Shown here: piece after piece, positions 13,479 to 25,535 of the stretch | How the letters are laid out: each line of letters begins with the position of its first letter | Numbering within the stretch: the stretch's first letter is position 1 | Assembly: GCA_951406725.2 (NCBI GenBank) | Contig: OX597817.1 | Span: 83,824,001-83,888,000 of the forward strand | Direction of reading: 5' to 3' | Length of the DNA stretch: 64,000 nucleotides | DNA from: Octopus vulgaris | Lineage: Eukaryota | Translations under genes and position numbers: made by a program | Notes under the pieces: model-generated | Databases searched by the model: none | The model's input: only the letters and a program-made list of their open reading frames with translations | What the model was told of the DNA's origin: nothing

Positions 13479-14105
13479 GTAAGAAGTGTTTCAGCTTCTA
13501 TAGGATAGATTGGTTACTGATATTTCCCCTGTCTTTATCTCTGTTAATGTGTGTGTGTGTGTGTGTGTGTACAAGCACACACAGAAATGTACATACATAT
13601 ATAGATTTACTTGTGTTCATGTCTGTGTCTGTTGCCAGAACTCTATAAACAAGAATCAACTGTGACAGAAAGTCTAGAACTTTGTATGCTTATATAGTGG
13701 CAAAGTTGTCTGTGATGCCATCACAAATTCAGAAATGATTTTAGTAATTAAATCACATTTCTCAGACAATAGACATACAATAAGTTAAGTAATGTATATG
13801 ACAAGTACATCAGACTGGCACAGCCACTACCAAAGGTTGATTTAAGGTCATAAGACTAACGGACAAGAGAGGTCAAAGTGAAGTAGAACAAATAATGTAT
13901 TCATCTGTGTTAGCAATATCTATATTTTATGAAAGATATGTGTTTATACATAGATATATATATAGATGCAGGCATGAGTGGATGGCAGGAAGTTTGCTTC
14001 TCAACCATATGGTTCTGAATTCAGTCCCACTGCATGGCACCTTAGGTGTGTGTCTTCTACTATAGCCCCAGACCAACCAAACCCTTGTGAGTAGATTGGT
14101 TGGAA

Positions 14106-14160
<55 letters not shown>

Positions 14161-14161
<1 letters not shown>

Positions 14162-14650
14162 TAGCAGTATAGTCCAGCGTTGCCCAGGATTCAGTTAGGA
14201 TTATTAAGCAAATCAAGTGCTTTGTTTCAAACCAAACTAAGTAACATCGACGTCAAATTTGAGCAAAATGCATTGAAATTGGTAAATGTTTGGCTGAAAA
14301 TGGGTTGCAGACAATTTGATTGGAAAATCCCATTAGGAATCGGTTTATCGATTTTTTTTCCACCCATAGATTTGTTTTTGTTTTTTGGAGAACTTAAAGT
14401 ATTCAAAGATCCCATGAGTCCTAAGTAACATCAGTATCAAGTTTGAACAAAATACATCAAAATTGGTAAAATTGGTAAAAATGTTTGAAAATGGGTATAG
14501 CCAATTTTAGTGGAAAATCCTATATGGAATTGGTTTATAGATTTTTCATCCTGATTGAATGGAAAACCCCATAAGGAATCAGTTTATTGATTTTTCACCC
14601 CAGATAGGGTTTAACCGAACACAACATTGCTGATTCAAAAAATCTATATT
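14161..14650 (-). mobile_element. Non-autonomous Helitron-like element with internal tandem repeats
   Basis: The minus-strand 3' end CCTGGGCAACGCTGGACTATACTGCTAG matches the hairpin+CTAG ends at 19714, 21517 and 48789. Internal GGAAAATCCCA...GGAATCGGTTTA repeats occur about three times. Confidence 0.6.
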
Positions 14651-15098
14651 TATACTTTAAAGTTGGTTTTCACACCCAACCCAGTTCTGCAGAGTCAGTG
14701 TCGCAACAGTAATGCATGGGTTGGGAGTTTGACCGGCAGAGGTGATCAGGTTGCACATGCCAGCCCTCTTGAAATCACCACCCCCATCATCTAACCCCCA
14801 CTTGGCCCATGGGTTGGGAGCCCATCTAGCAAGGAAAATAGAACACTCAAAAGGTCTCCCGATCCTCTGTGTCAGAAGAGGTTATGTTCAGATCACAATG
14901 TAGCCTTAACCTAAGCCTAAGCTAACCTAGCGAAAGAGGGCTCGGAGCCACTAAAAGGCAGTGACTAATCCCAATCTAGTCCCAACCCCTCCTAGGGGTA
15001 CTATCGGTCAAGGCTGCAGCGAAGAAGATATGCATTGGAGAAGGTTGTATTGAAGGTTTGCATGCTATTATATATATATATATATATGTGTGTGTATG

Positions 15099-15158
<60 letters not shown>

Positions 15159-15177
15159 ATATAGATGTCACATTCTC

Positions 15178-15218
<41 letters not shown>

Positions 15219-15254
15219 ATAACAAGCCATGTAATTCACACTCTGTAAAATGTT

Positions 15255-15777
15255 GAGAGTGGGTAAAATTTCCGAGGCTCCCACCTCACCTCACCCCGTT
15301 TTTTGGACCCCAAAAATGGTTTTGTATCATATTAGGAGGTCACAAATTCATTCAATGAAAATAAAAAAAATTCGCAATTATTCCGGGATAGTGGGCTCCC
15401 CCTCGCCCTACTTATTTTTGTTTTTCCCAAACAAAAATAAGAGATTTGCAGCATATTTAGGGGGTCAGGGTACTTGATTCCATGCAAAAAAAAATCTGAT
15501 TTTTATTTTTTTACCTTAGTGAAAATCGTGCTGGTGAAAAGATTAATAGAGGTAGGGAGTGAAATTTCCAAGGCTTCCACCTCACCTCACCCTGTGTTTT
15601 GGACCCCCAAAAGTGTTTTGTAGTATATTAGGAGGTCACAGGAATCCATTCAATGAAAAAAAAAGAAATTCCAGGATGGGGGAGGGGAGCCCACCTCACC
15701 CTACCCCCTTCTTTTTTCTAAACCAAAATATGGGATTTGCAGCATATTAGGAGGTCAGGGTACTTACCCATGCAAAC
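15255..15777. repeat. Two diverged ~295-bp tandem units, probably internal to a Helentron/HINE-like element
   Basis: AAATTTCC.AGGCT.CCACCTCACCTCACCC...GATTTGCAGCATATT...GGTCAGGGTACTT occurs at about 15265 and 15562. Confidence 0.65.
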
Positions 15778-16171
15778 TTTTCCCAACCACATGATTTCAA
15801 GTTCAGTCTCACTGCATGGTATCTTGAATAAGTGTCTTCTATTATAACCTCAGACTGACCAAAGCTTTGTGAATGGATTTGGTAGGCAGATACTCTAAGA
15901 AGTCCATCATGTGTTTGTGTATTTATCTCACACCCCACTTTGATGACCAGTGTTGGTTTGTTTATAGCCCCATAACATAGCAGTTCAGCGAAAATGACCA
16001 ATAGGATAAGTAGCAGACTTTAAAAAATAATCTATCCTCACTTAAATGTGGATGTTCTGTTCAAACTATACTGCAGTAGTTACCATGAGAGAAACTCGCA
16101 TCCTGGCTTTTGGTGCCTCTTGTTAATATCACTAGCCAGGGGATAAATCCCCACTACCTCCAGTGCTGAGA

Positions 16172-16218
16172 CCACCAGATCCCATGATTTCGACCTTCCT
16201 TGGTCTTGTCACTGATGG
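16172..16218 (-). ncRNA. Type I hammerhead motif in an inverted-repeat unit
   Basis: The minus strand reads CCATCA-GTGACAA-GACC(aaggaa)GGTC-GAAA-TC(atgg)GA-TC-TGGTGG. A degenerate mirror copy on + at 16515-16561 has core TTGACAA. Confidence 0.6.
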
Positions 16219-18105
16219 ACACTTGACTACTAGAGATAGCAGCAATTCATTTCCCCCACCAGCGATAAATAGAATAACAGTGCCAGAACAGATGCTAGTG
16301 TTTCGATTAGTCAGTGAGCCTGTTAAAATATATTTATAAGTGACAGAGGCTGTATTAATACTTAAAGGTAATATTTATCCCCACCTAAACATAGATGTTC
16401 TGATAGAATAAGCTATACTGCAGTAGTTAGCACGAGAGAAACACTTATATTGGCTTTTAATGCAAAATACTTTGGCATGGAGATGAATTGCTGCAATCTC
16501 TAGTGGTCAAATGTCTATCATTGACAATATCAAGGAAGGTTGAAATCACATGCTCCAGTGGTCTTGGCACTAGATGTGGCAGGGATTTACCTCCCTGCTA
16601 GCAATATACAAACAATGTTTTTTGTAATGGAATGGAAAGATCACTATGATTTACTTGGCACTAGTGATGTTGAAGGGGTTGTTATCAGAACACATAGAGC
16701 TGGAATAGATATGAGGCATCCAGTCCAACAGCCTCTCGGTTACACCATTAGTTTGTACCTCTTCATTTATAAACCCTGAAATGATGAAAAGCAAAACTGA
16801 CCTTACATTTTGAACTTCCAATGTGCATGCACATGTGTGCACACTCATGTAGATGCATGTATATCTGTGTGCACATGAGTGTTAATGAGTTTGTGTTTCT
16901 CCTTATTTTCATGTAGATTTGAATGCTGTAGAAAATAGGCTTCACTGTTCATACAATGCTCTATGCTTGCAGTCCACTGCAAAACCATGAAGGTTTACAT
17001 TTTTTTACATGCCTTGACACATTGCATGATCTTTGTGAGCAGTAGACTTATTCAAGCAGAACTTTTGTTTCCAGCTTCTCATATTGTGTCCAGGCTGTTT
17101 ATTTATTTGGTAAACTCATGGAATATGACCTCACTTGGAAACAATTGAGGGTTGGTGACAGGAAAGGCACTCGGCCATAGAAAACTCTACTCCACTGTAC
17201 TCTCATCTGACCCATGCTAGCATGGAAAAGATGATGTTAAAACATTGATATATGATGCTTCGTATTTAAAGGGTAGGTGAATGAAGTAATGTGGTTTCCA
17301 GCACTTTTCCATTGTATGGAAACCAGCTGATGAGCTGAGTTTTCCAAAAGTTCTATTTCTACCTTATCATTTGCACTTTTAGTCTATGGTTATCCACCAA
17401 ATTATGTTTTAATTGTGGCTCTTTTGTTGACCCTTACTTTTTTATTAGAAATTACACCAGTGGATGCAGCCTCACTGCAACTAGCATATCTCAACTGCAA
17501 TCATGATTCTCTAGTGGACTCTCATGATAAACAGAACAACAAATGTCTCATCCTCCCAAACATTTGATACCATGACTATTATAACAACAATGGCTACTCC
17601 TAAGATCAAAGATGCTCGTTGAAGTAGAAAATACAACTATGCAATGAAGGTTTTTAGTGTTACTGGGAGTACGTAGTAGTATGACTATCCCTGTAGTGGA
17701 GGAGATTGAATCAATAATAAAAGGAGCCATTACACCTGATACATCCTATGTTTAGCTGAAAGAATTCAGATCGTTTTCAGATCTAAGATCCCTTACTATT
17801 GAACATTAGGTTTGAAATTTTCAGCAGTTCTAAACATGTGTCTAAGTACATTTTGAAGAATTGGAAAATTCCACATATACCTTATTAATTTGATATCTTT
17901 CCAGCCTTATAATTTAAGGTCTAAGGAGAATAACACTTTTTATGTTTTACTTTTTCGTTTCCCGTTTTTTGCTTTCCATTTTTTAACCTTCCATGTTTTC
18001 TGTATGCTTCCTTCTCAATTTTTTGTGCTTCTCCTCTCATTCAGTTTTTAGTTCATTATGGTATGTGGTTTGTGCCTGATGAATATTTCTCAACATGAAA
18101 GTATT

Positions 18106-18149
18106 TGTGCCTGATGAATATTTCTCAACATGAAAGTATTAGTAGCACA
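18106..18149 (+). ncRNA. Degenerate type I hammerhead motif
   Basis: TGTGC-CTGATGA-ATATTTCTCAACAT-GAAA-GTATTAG-TA-GCACA, with a 5-bp stem I. The 5' portion is tandemly duplicated (35 bp) at 18071. Confidence 0.6.
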
Positions 18150-18994
18150 TAAAAACATGTATTATGTCTATGAAATAATATATATATTTTTTCGAATGCT
18201 GAATTGTGGTTAGAGCAGTAAAAATACTGGGTAAATTACCCTTACATGGTAGGAAAATTTGTCAACAACCAGCCATGGGACTCAAACCTATGTCCCTCAA
18301 AGACTCCGACTGAATGCTTTACAGACAATATATATGATCTCTTTTCCAAATTCCATCTAACAAATCTATTCATGAGACTTTGGTTAACCCAAGGCTATTG
18401 TAGAAATTGTTTGCCCTTGTTGCTGTGCAGTGGGGCTGCTTGGGAGTCAAGCTTCTTATATATATATATCTCTTATTATAAAAGGCAGATTTTATCTGCC
18501 TCCCTTTGTCAGTTATAGAAATCTACAATATAGGATTTCTTCAATTACAATTTACCTAGCATTTTTAAGAGTAGAATGCATCGGGTCATGCCAGGTCCAG
18601 TTTTTAAAATTTAAACTCCAATTAAGCAAAATTTACAGAAAACTCACATTCTGGTGTGTATGTCAAATGCTTTTCTTAGTCTGGTTTACAGCACACGCAA
18701 ACGCACACACACAGTGTGCAACGAATAAAGTGAAACTAATTCACTGTGTGTGTGTTGACAGGTAGACAATAGAATGCGATGGCGTTGGTGATGTAATATT
18801 TGTTTCTGTCTATCACGCTGATAGATACATGAGTAAAATGTATGGCAAGCTAAGAGATAAGAGTGAGTGAAAATGTTCTTGGAAGAGAGTAAATAGCGAC
18901 AGAGTGATTTGAGGAAGACTAAACTGAAAGTATGAAACAGTGTTTATGTATAAACAGACGACACTTATATATAGTTATGTATGCATCCATTTAA

Positions 18995-21013
18995 CCCTTT
19001 CGTTACCAAACCGCCCGAATTTACCTATTCATATTTAAATGAGAATATCAGAGCAAATCTCTTTAGTACATTCGTGAAAACACGTATTATACTTCGTAAA
19101 CACTTCAAATACAGTTTTGTACAAAAATCGAAGTGTAATTTTAATTCCGTGAATTATGGGAGATTTTTTTCCGAAATTTGTTCCTATTGTGTTTTCAAAA
19201 TTTGTAATTCTGACAAAAAATGGATACGAATTTCATTATATCAAGCAGCGAGTCAGAATTCGAAGGATTTTCTACTGAAGACCTTCATAAATCTAACTCT
19301 ATGACTGAAAAAAAAAAGCATCTTTATATAAGAGTGAAGTTGTGTGTCTGTCTCCTACAATTTAGATTCCTAGCTACTCCCACATTTTGCGGTGCAGTTT
19401 AACCAAAAGCGGGTATCTTATAGTCGTGATTCATATCAAGCCCTTCTGGGTATTAGCGCGCATCTACGATGAGTCTACGATTTAAAAAAAATTTACCATC
19501 ATATTTTTCCATTTTAATGCATTTTTTTCGCTTTTATATAAGGGAAGTAACTCTCTAAAAACATCTACGATGTGTCAACGATTTAAAAAAAATTTACCTT
19601 AATTTTTTTCAATTTTTAATGCATTTTTTTGCTATTTTTTGGCTATAACTCTCTAAAAATGCTTATATAGTTATTTCCCTTACAAACCCAAGCAACGCCG
19701 GGCGATACTGCTAGTATGTATATAAACTGCAAAATGTCTGTGTGTGTGTCCTTTATACAAATCCACAATTTTTCAGTTAGAGGGCCCACACTTTCTATGG
19801 TCATTCAAAACCGTCCAAGGGTGGTCACGCACATCTTTACATTTCCCCAGTCACCCCACAAAGCCATTAAAAAATCAATAAAAGTGACTTTTTTGTGAAT
19901 TTTCTATCCAAAACCCAATCAAAATTCCCAAAACTTGATACGCCAATTGAATTCCAACTAGCTGTATGTGATTGGTCGGAGATTTGGACAGTACTCGTTG
20001 CCAGGTCATAGTTCTAGTATATATATATATAATGCATAGGATAGTGTGATGCATATCTCTTATTATAAAAGGCAGATTTTATCTGCCTCCCTTTGTAAGT
20101 TATAGAAATCTACAATATAGGATTTCTTCAATTACAATTTACCTAGCATTTTTAAGAGTAGAATGCATCGGGTCATGCCAGGTCTGGTTTTTAAAATTTC
20201 AACCCCAATTAAGCAAAATTTAGAGAAAACTCACATTCTGGTGTATATGTCAAATGTTTTTCTTAATGTGGGATACACCACACGCAAACGCACACACACA
20301 CAAAGGGAGCGACTGTTTCACTGACGCTATCACCCTTCTCCTCCTTTGTCTTTGCAAGTTTGCAGCTATTAAAGTGAAAACAGTGAATCCGACAGCGATT
20401 AAGAAAATGAATTGGTACCTGAATGGAGTGAAAATTTAAAAACTGTTTCTTTCAGTGATTTTTCTGAAGAAACTGCACCAAGCCACACACTTTCCCAGAA
20501 GAGTATAAAGCCTTAAACTATTTCTTTTTACTTTTTCGAATGAGCCTATTTGAAATCATTACGCTAAACGTAAACAAAGCGAAAGAAAGGATAGTTTGTT
20601 ATTTCCCACAACCTTAAATTAAATTAAGGCCTATTTTGCCATAAATATTATTATGGGTATCAGAAAGTTACCCAGAATAACAAATTCTATCGTAAAATTT
20701 TGTTGTATACCCAATTGAATATTAGCTAATAACCCATTTTCTATAGCGATGTTTGAACAAAATTTTAATAATTTTATATATTGTTGAATTTACCTGTATC
20801 TACCTGCAATTAGAGTCACTTTGTGACAAAAATTATAGTATAGAATTGGTTGAGAACATTTCACTAAATTATCTTCCAAAAATCAGATTAATATATTCAT
20901 AAATAAAAAAGTTATAGTTGTTTAATGAAACCAGACTAAATTTATGATTACGTTAGAAATTAATTGAAACACATAAGGGGTGTATTTTGGTCAGAAATAT
21001 AGTAACGAAAGGG
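18995..21013 (+). mobile_element. Internally deleted piggyBac element with a nested insertion
   Basis: TTAA-CCCTTTCGTTAC...GTAACGAAAGGG-TTAA ends. An acidic N-terminus MDTNFIISSSESEFEGF at 19220 resumes at about 20375 with ENSESDSD...FSEETAPSHTL...YFFLLF...IKAYFAINIIMGIRKLP, PGBD-like. Confidence 0.8.
19321..20017 (+). mobile_element. Two fused non-autonomous Helitron-like units (copy 1)
   Basis: A|TC 5' start. The 3' hairpin CCCAAGCAACGCCGGG is followed by CTAG|T at 19714, and the second unit ends ...GTTGCCAGGTCATAGTTCTAG|T. Confidence 0.7.
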
Positions 21014-21123
21014 TTAAGAAAAACCAAAAATATTTTATTCTTTATAAATGTTGTATTCAAAATAACATTTTCTTTTAAGAATGTGTATATAACAAAGTAT
21101 GTGTATATAACTACGTAACTTAT

Positions 21124-21821
21124 ATCTTTATATATAAGAGTGAAGTTGTGTGTCTGTCTCCTACGATTTAGATTCCTAACTACTCCCACATTTTGCGGTG
21201 CAGTGTAACCAAAACCGGGTATCTTATAGTCGTGAGTCATATCGAGCCCTTCTGGGTATTAGCGCGTCTACGATGAGTCTACGATTTAAAAAAATTTACC
21301 ATCATATTTTTCCATTTTAATGCATTTTTTTCGCTATTATATAAGGGAAGTAACTCTCTAAAAATATCTACGATGTGTCAACGATTTAAAAAGAAATTTA
21401 CCTTAATTTTTTTCCATTTTTAATGCATTTTTTTCCTATTTTTTGGCTATAACTCTCTAAAAATGCTTATATAGTTATTTCCCTTACAACCCGAGCAACG
21501 CCGGGCGATACTGCTAGTATGTATATAAACTGCAAAATGTCTGTGTGTGTGTCCTTTATACAAATCCACAATTTTTCAGTTAGAGGGCCCACATTTTCTA
21601 TGGTCATTCAAAACCGTCCAAGGGTGGTCACGCACATCTTTACATTTCCCCAGTCACCCCGCAAAGCCATTAAAAAATCAATAAAAGTGACTTTTTTTGT
21701 GAATTTTCTATCCAAAACCCAATCAAAATGCCCAAAACTTGATACGCCAATTGAATTCCAGCTAGCTGTATGTGATTGGTCGGAGATTTGGACAGTACTC
21801 ATTGCCAGGTCATAGTTCTAG
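21124..21821 (+). mobile_element. Two fused Helitron-like units (copy 2)
   Basis: Nearly identical to 19321-20017, including both CTAG termini. Confidence 0.7.
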
Positions 21822-22225
21822 TATATATATATATATATATATAATGCGTAGGATGGTGTGATGCATATATAACATATATGTTCATGTGTCCTTACTACTA
21901 TTCAAATGCGAGGATACAATTCCCACATACCTTATTATAGTCAAAATTGTTACAGGAATGATAAACTAAAATTCCAAATTCAGATGAAATATTCTTTCCG
22001 TTTATGAGTCTTTATTTTATTTCATTTACATATTTATTTTAATTTTGTTTCATTTTATTTTATATCTATACACTTATTGAGTTCTATTTATCCTGTTAAT
22101 TCTACCAAACCTCTGCTTATTTTAAATAATATTCCAACTTTATTTTGAAAGCCTGCTGATTCAAATAATTCTGGATATAATGAACTGAATTTCTTTATTC
22201 TTTTCCTCTTTCTATTTTTCTCTAG

Positions 22226-22267
22226 GGTGCGAGATACACTGACCGGTGTAATAAAAGTTACATCAAG
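22226..22267 (+). CDS. FOCAD: Focadhesin coding exon B (42 nt, phase 2 to 2)
   Basis: Acceptor TTTTTCTCTAG and donor GTAAGC. The first G completes TGG (W), then VRDTLTGVIKVTS+AG, matching recalled FOCAD WVRDMLTDEITK. Confidence 0.9.
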
Positions 22268-23384
22268 GTAAGCCATCAGTTTTGTTTATCTTGAAATGAT
22301 AATTAATTATAGGTCAATGATTGCTTGTGGCAACTTTATTGCTATGTAATTGATCTAACAAATACATAGCAATTAATATGGTCATTAAATACACATTCTG
22401 AATGCTAGCAACTTAATTATAGTCCAGATTTTCATATTTATCATAATTAAATGTAATTAACAATCACTCGGCTCTAGATTATGACTGAATACTTCCTCCA
22501 TAAGTTTGCTGCCTGATCAAGGTTGACCTACAATCCCAACACATTTTTTTCTCTCCATCTTTTCCTTTTTCTCTCCATTTTTTTTTTCTTTCTCTCTCCA
22601 TTTTTTCCTCTCCCTTTCTGCCAAAGAGTGTAGGCTCGAAACATCAAAGACTTATCCATTCTTCCTGAACATCAAACTAATACACCTGCTTGTTGTTCCC
22701 TCGCCTGTCTTCGTCAATTGTTTTCTGTGCATTTGAACTATATATATGTGTATGTATATGTACACACACATTTATAGATATGCACACACATTGTTCTTCA
22801 TTCATTCTATATCTGTTTTTCATGTATTAGAAGTGATTGAAAGTATGTGTGTGTGTCTGCTTGTCTGACTCTCTGTGTTCATGCTGTGGTACCTCAATAG
22901 TACACCAGCTAGCCTATCAGAACCAGTAAAAAAATTGTGTATTATATATGTATATATTGGCTGGGTCTTATGATTGGAGCAAAGTTGCAACGAAGTCAAA
23001 GGTGATATAGCGGTGGAATGGCTCTCTAAATAATGCCAATTAAAGCTAAGAGACAAGCTTGGAAAGACTAACTGAAAAGAAACAGCAAACACCCAGAGGC
23101 ATGAAGAGCAGCAAGGTTTCAGATAGATAATGTATCATCCAACACAGGGTACTATCAGATAACTTGAAAATAAGAGTTAGAAGGTTTGAAAGACAAAAGA
23201 TAATTTGGAGATGGACAGATACAGAATCTAAAACAACCTGCTACAAAATATATGTTCACAGCAATTTGAGATGACGCATATAACAAAGAAGAGATGATAA
23301 ATATCTTTAACTTATAGGAACAAATAGAAATATCTATAGGATATTAGTCACTGTTGTTTACTTACAACTAGTCTATTTTTGTGT

Positions 23385-23665
23385 AGGTGCATGGCTTTGT
23401 GGTTAGGGTATTTGGTTCATGATTGTAAGGTAATGGGTTCAATTCCTGGTGATGCATTGTTTCCTTGAGCAAGACATTTTGTTTCATGTTGCTCCGATTC
23501 ACTCAGCTAGCAAAAATGAGTAGTGTTCGTATTTCAAAAGAGCCAGCCTTGTTACTTTCTGTGTCGTGCTGTATCTCCCTGAGAACTACATTAACGGTAC
23601 ACATGTCCATAGAGTGCTTAGCCACATGTACGTTAATTTCACAAGCAGGCTGTTCCATTGGTTGA
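23385..23665 (+). mobile_element. tRNA-derived SINE family D
   Basis: A box TGGCTTTGTGG, B box GGTTCAATTCC, then CCTTGAGCAAGACA...TTGCTCCGATTCACTCAGC. Confidence 0.7.
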
Positions 23666-23977
23666 CTACTCTCCACCTGTTCAATCATGTGGCATGCTGC
23701 TGCATGCATAATGCTGAGAGATTTGAATGGGTTAACAGAATCTGTATAATTATACATTTCTCAGACTTTCTCTTCTGAGGTTGGGTCTTTGCACCTGAAA
23801 TATAAAGGTTTTGTGAAACTTTCTTCTTTATCAGTAGCTTTTGATTTTCTTCTTTTTTCTCTTCTACAATATTACCCTGCTTCAAGTGAACTACAACACC
23901 CTTATACATAAATATATTTATAAATCTATATATATGTATGCGTGTGTGTGTGTATCTATATATATATATATATATGG

Positions 23978-24870
23978 CCATCGTGCTGTGGGCACATAAC
24001 AAACACCATCCGGTCGTGGCCGTTCGCCAGCCTCATCTAGCACCTGTGTCAGTGGCACATAAAAACACCATCCGAAGACCCGGCAAGACTAGTCAGGCCA
24101 TAAACCATGGCCCCTACCTGGGACGTAGTCAGTCCACCTGTGCATACCTTCCTCCTTGTGATACTTGTGAAGGCCTGTTGAGGCAAGTGAAAATCAAAAT
24201 CAAATCAAAACAAATCAACATAGATGAACATCAATGGAATTTGTCCGAAGACCCGGCAAGACTAGTCAGGCCATAACCCATGGCCCCTACCTGGGACGTA
24301 GTCAGTCCACCTGTGCATACCTTCCTTCTTGTGACACTTGTGAAGACCTGTTGAGGCAAGTGAAAATCAAAACAAATCAAAATAGATGAACATCAATGGA
24401 ATTTGTATCTTTGTGGTACCAGTGCCGGTGGCACGTGGCACACAAGAAAACCATCCGAACGTGGCCGTAGCCAGTACCGCATCGACTGGCCTCCGTGCTG
24501 TGGGCACGTAACAAGCACCATCCGATCGTGGCCGTTTGCCAGCCTCATCTGGCACCTGTGTCGGTGGCACATAAAAACACCATCCGAGCGTGGCCGTCTG
24601 CCAGCCTCGTCTGGCACCTGTGTCGGTGGCACATAAAAAACACCATCCGAGCATGGCCGTTTGCCAGCCTCGTCTGGCACCTGTGTCGGTGGCACATAGA
24701 ATCACCCACTACACTCTCGGAGTGGTTGGCGTTAGGAAGGGCATCCAGCTGTAGAAACACTGCCAGATCTGACTGGACTGGTGCAGCTTTCGGGCTCCCC
24801 AGACCCCAGTTGAACCGTCCAACCCATGCTAGCATGGAAAGCGGACGTTAAATGATGATGATGATGATGA

Positions 24871-24873
<3 letters not shown>
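23978..24873 (+). mobile_element. RTE LINE 3' region with a rearranged 5' end and a ~62-bp tandem array
   Basis: A ~175-bp block is duplicated (24071 and 24245). Three to four repeats of CCAGCCTCGTCTGGCACCTGTGTCGGTGGCACATA precede the conserved 3' end and (GAT)n. Confidence 0.8.
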
Positions 24874-24906
<33 letters not shown>

Positions 24907-24914
<8 letters not shown>

Positions 24915-25024
24915 GAAAGAATGGAGTTGAACGACGATTTAACAAAATTCCTTTATTCTCGACATATGTCGAGAATAAAGGAATTTTGTTAAATCGTCGT
25001 TCAACTCCATTCTTTCATTTATTT
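24907..25024. repeat. Perfect 118-bp palindrome
   Basis: The 59-bp arms are exact reverse complements centred on GACAT|ATGTC (checked base by base). Confidence 0.95.
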
Positions 25025-25338
25025 GTATTAAAAAAACACACAAATTTCCACACGAAAGCACGTGATCTCTGCCCTTGGCATGTAGCTTCAACCGTGTTTT
25101 TCTGACGTGAATTTGCTACCCAGGTATCGGTTAACCGAATTATCCATACTAAGATAATTCATTCAGCTACTTAAATATATATATATATGTATATATAGAC
25201 ATGTATGTATGCATGTATATATATATATATGTATGTATATGTGTGTGTGTAGAAGGTTGAAAAGGAACACACGAGTTCATATATATGGAAAAACAAGTCA
25301 AGGTAGAAAATGCTAAAATAAATTTATAAAAAACATTT

Positions 25339-25374
25339 CAGTACTGGTTTCAGTCATTGAAACTTTTTCAACTG
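25339..25374 (-). ncRNA. Minimal hammerhead motif (U3-A8 variant)
   Basis: The minus strand reads CAG-TTGAAAA-AGT(ttcaatg)ACT-GAAA-CCAG-TA-CTG. Confidence 0.55.
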
Positions 25375-25535
25375 TAAATATGGAAAACTATTAAATTTTG
25401 GAGAAATTAAAACAAAAGTTTTTTAAAAGAATATTTGCATAGTGTTCAAATACAAGTGGCATTTTCCTTGTTTCTGCCTGTTTCTATCTCTTTTGTTTAC
25501 TCTTGTGGGTTCAAGGTCGTTATATACTTTGAATG

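Noticed and set aside
13220-13648. 142-aa hydrophobic ORF overlapping exon A
   Set aside because: It is a different frame made of the polypyrimidine tract and (TG)n; the FOCAD frame explains the region.
17449-17570. Possible extra exon after TTTTTATTAG
   Set aside because: All three frames hit stops, and exons A and B already join without a gap in the FOCAD alignment.
23385-23460. tRNA genes at A/B-box-containing segments
   Set aside because: They are SINE heads continuous with repeat bodies, with no complete cloverleaf.
24500-24700. CRISPR-like appearance of the ~62-bp array (also 33910-34100)
   Set aside because: There are no unique spacers, the context is eukaryotic, and the array lies within an RTE 3' UTR.
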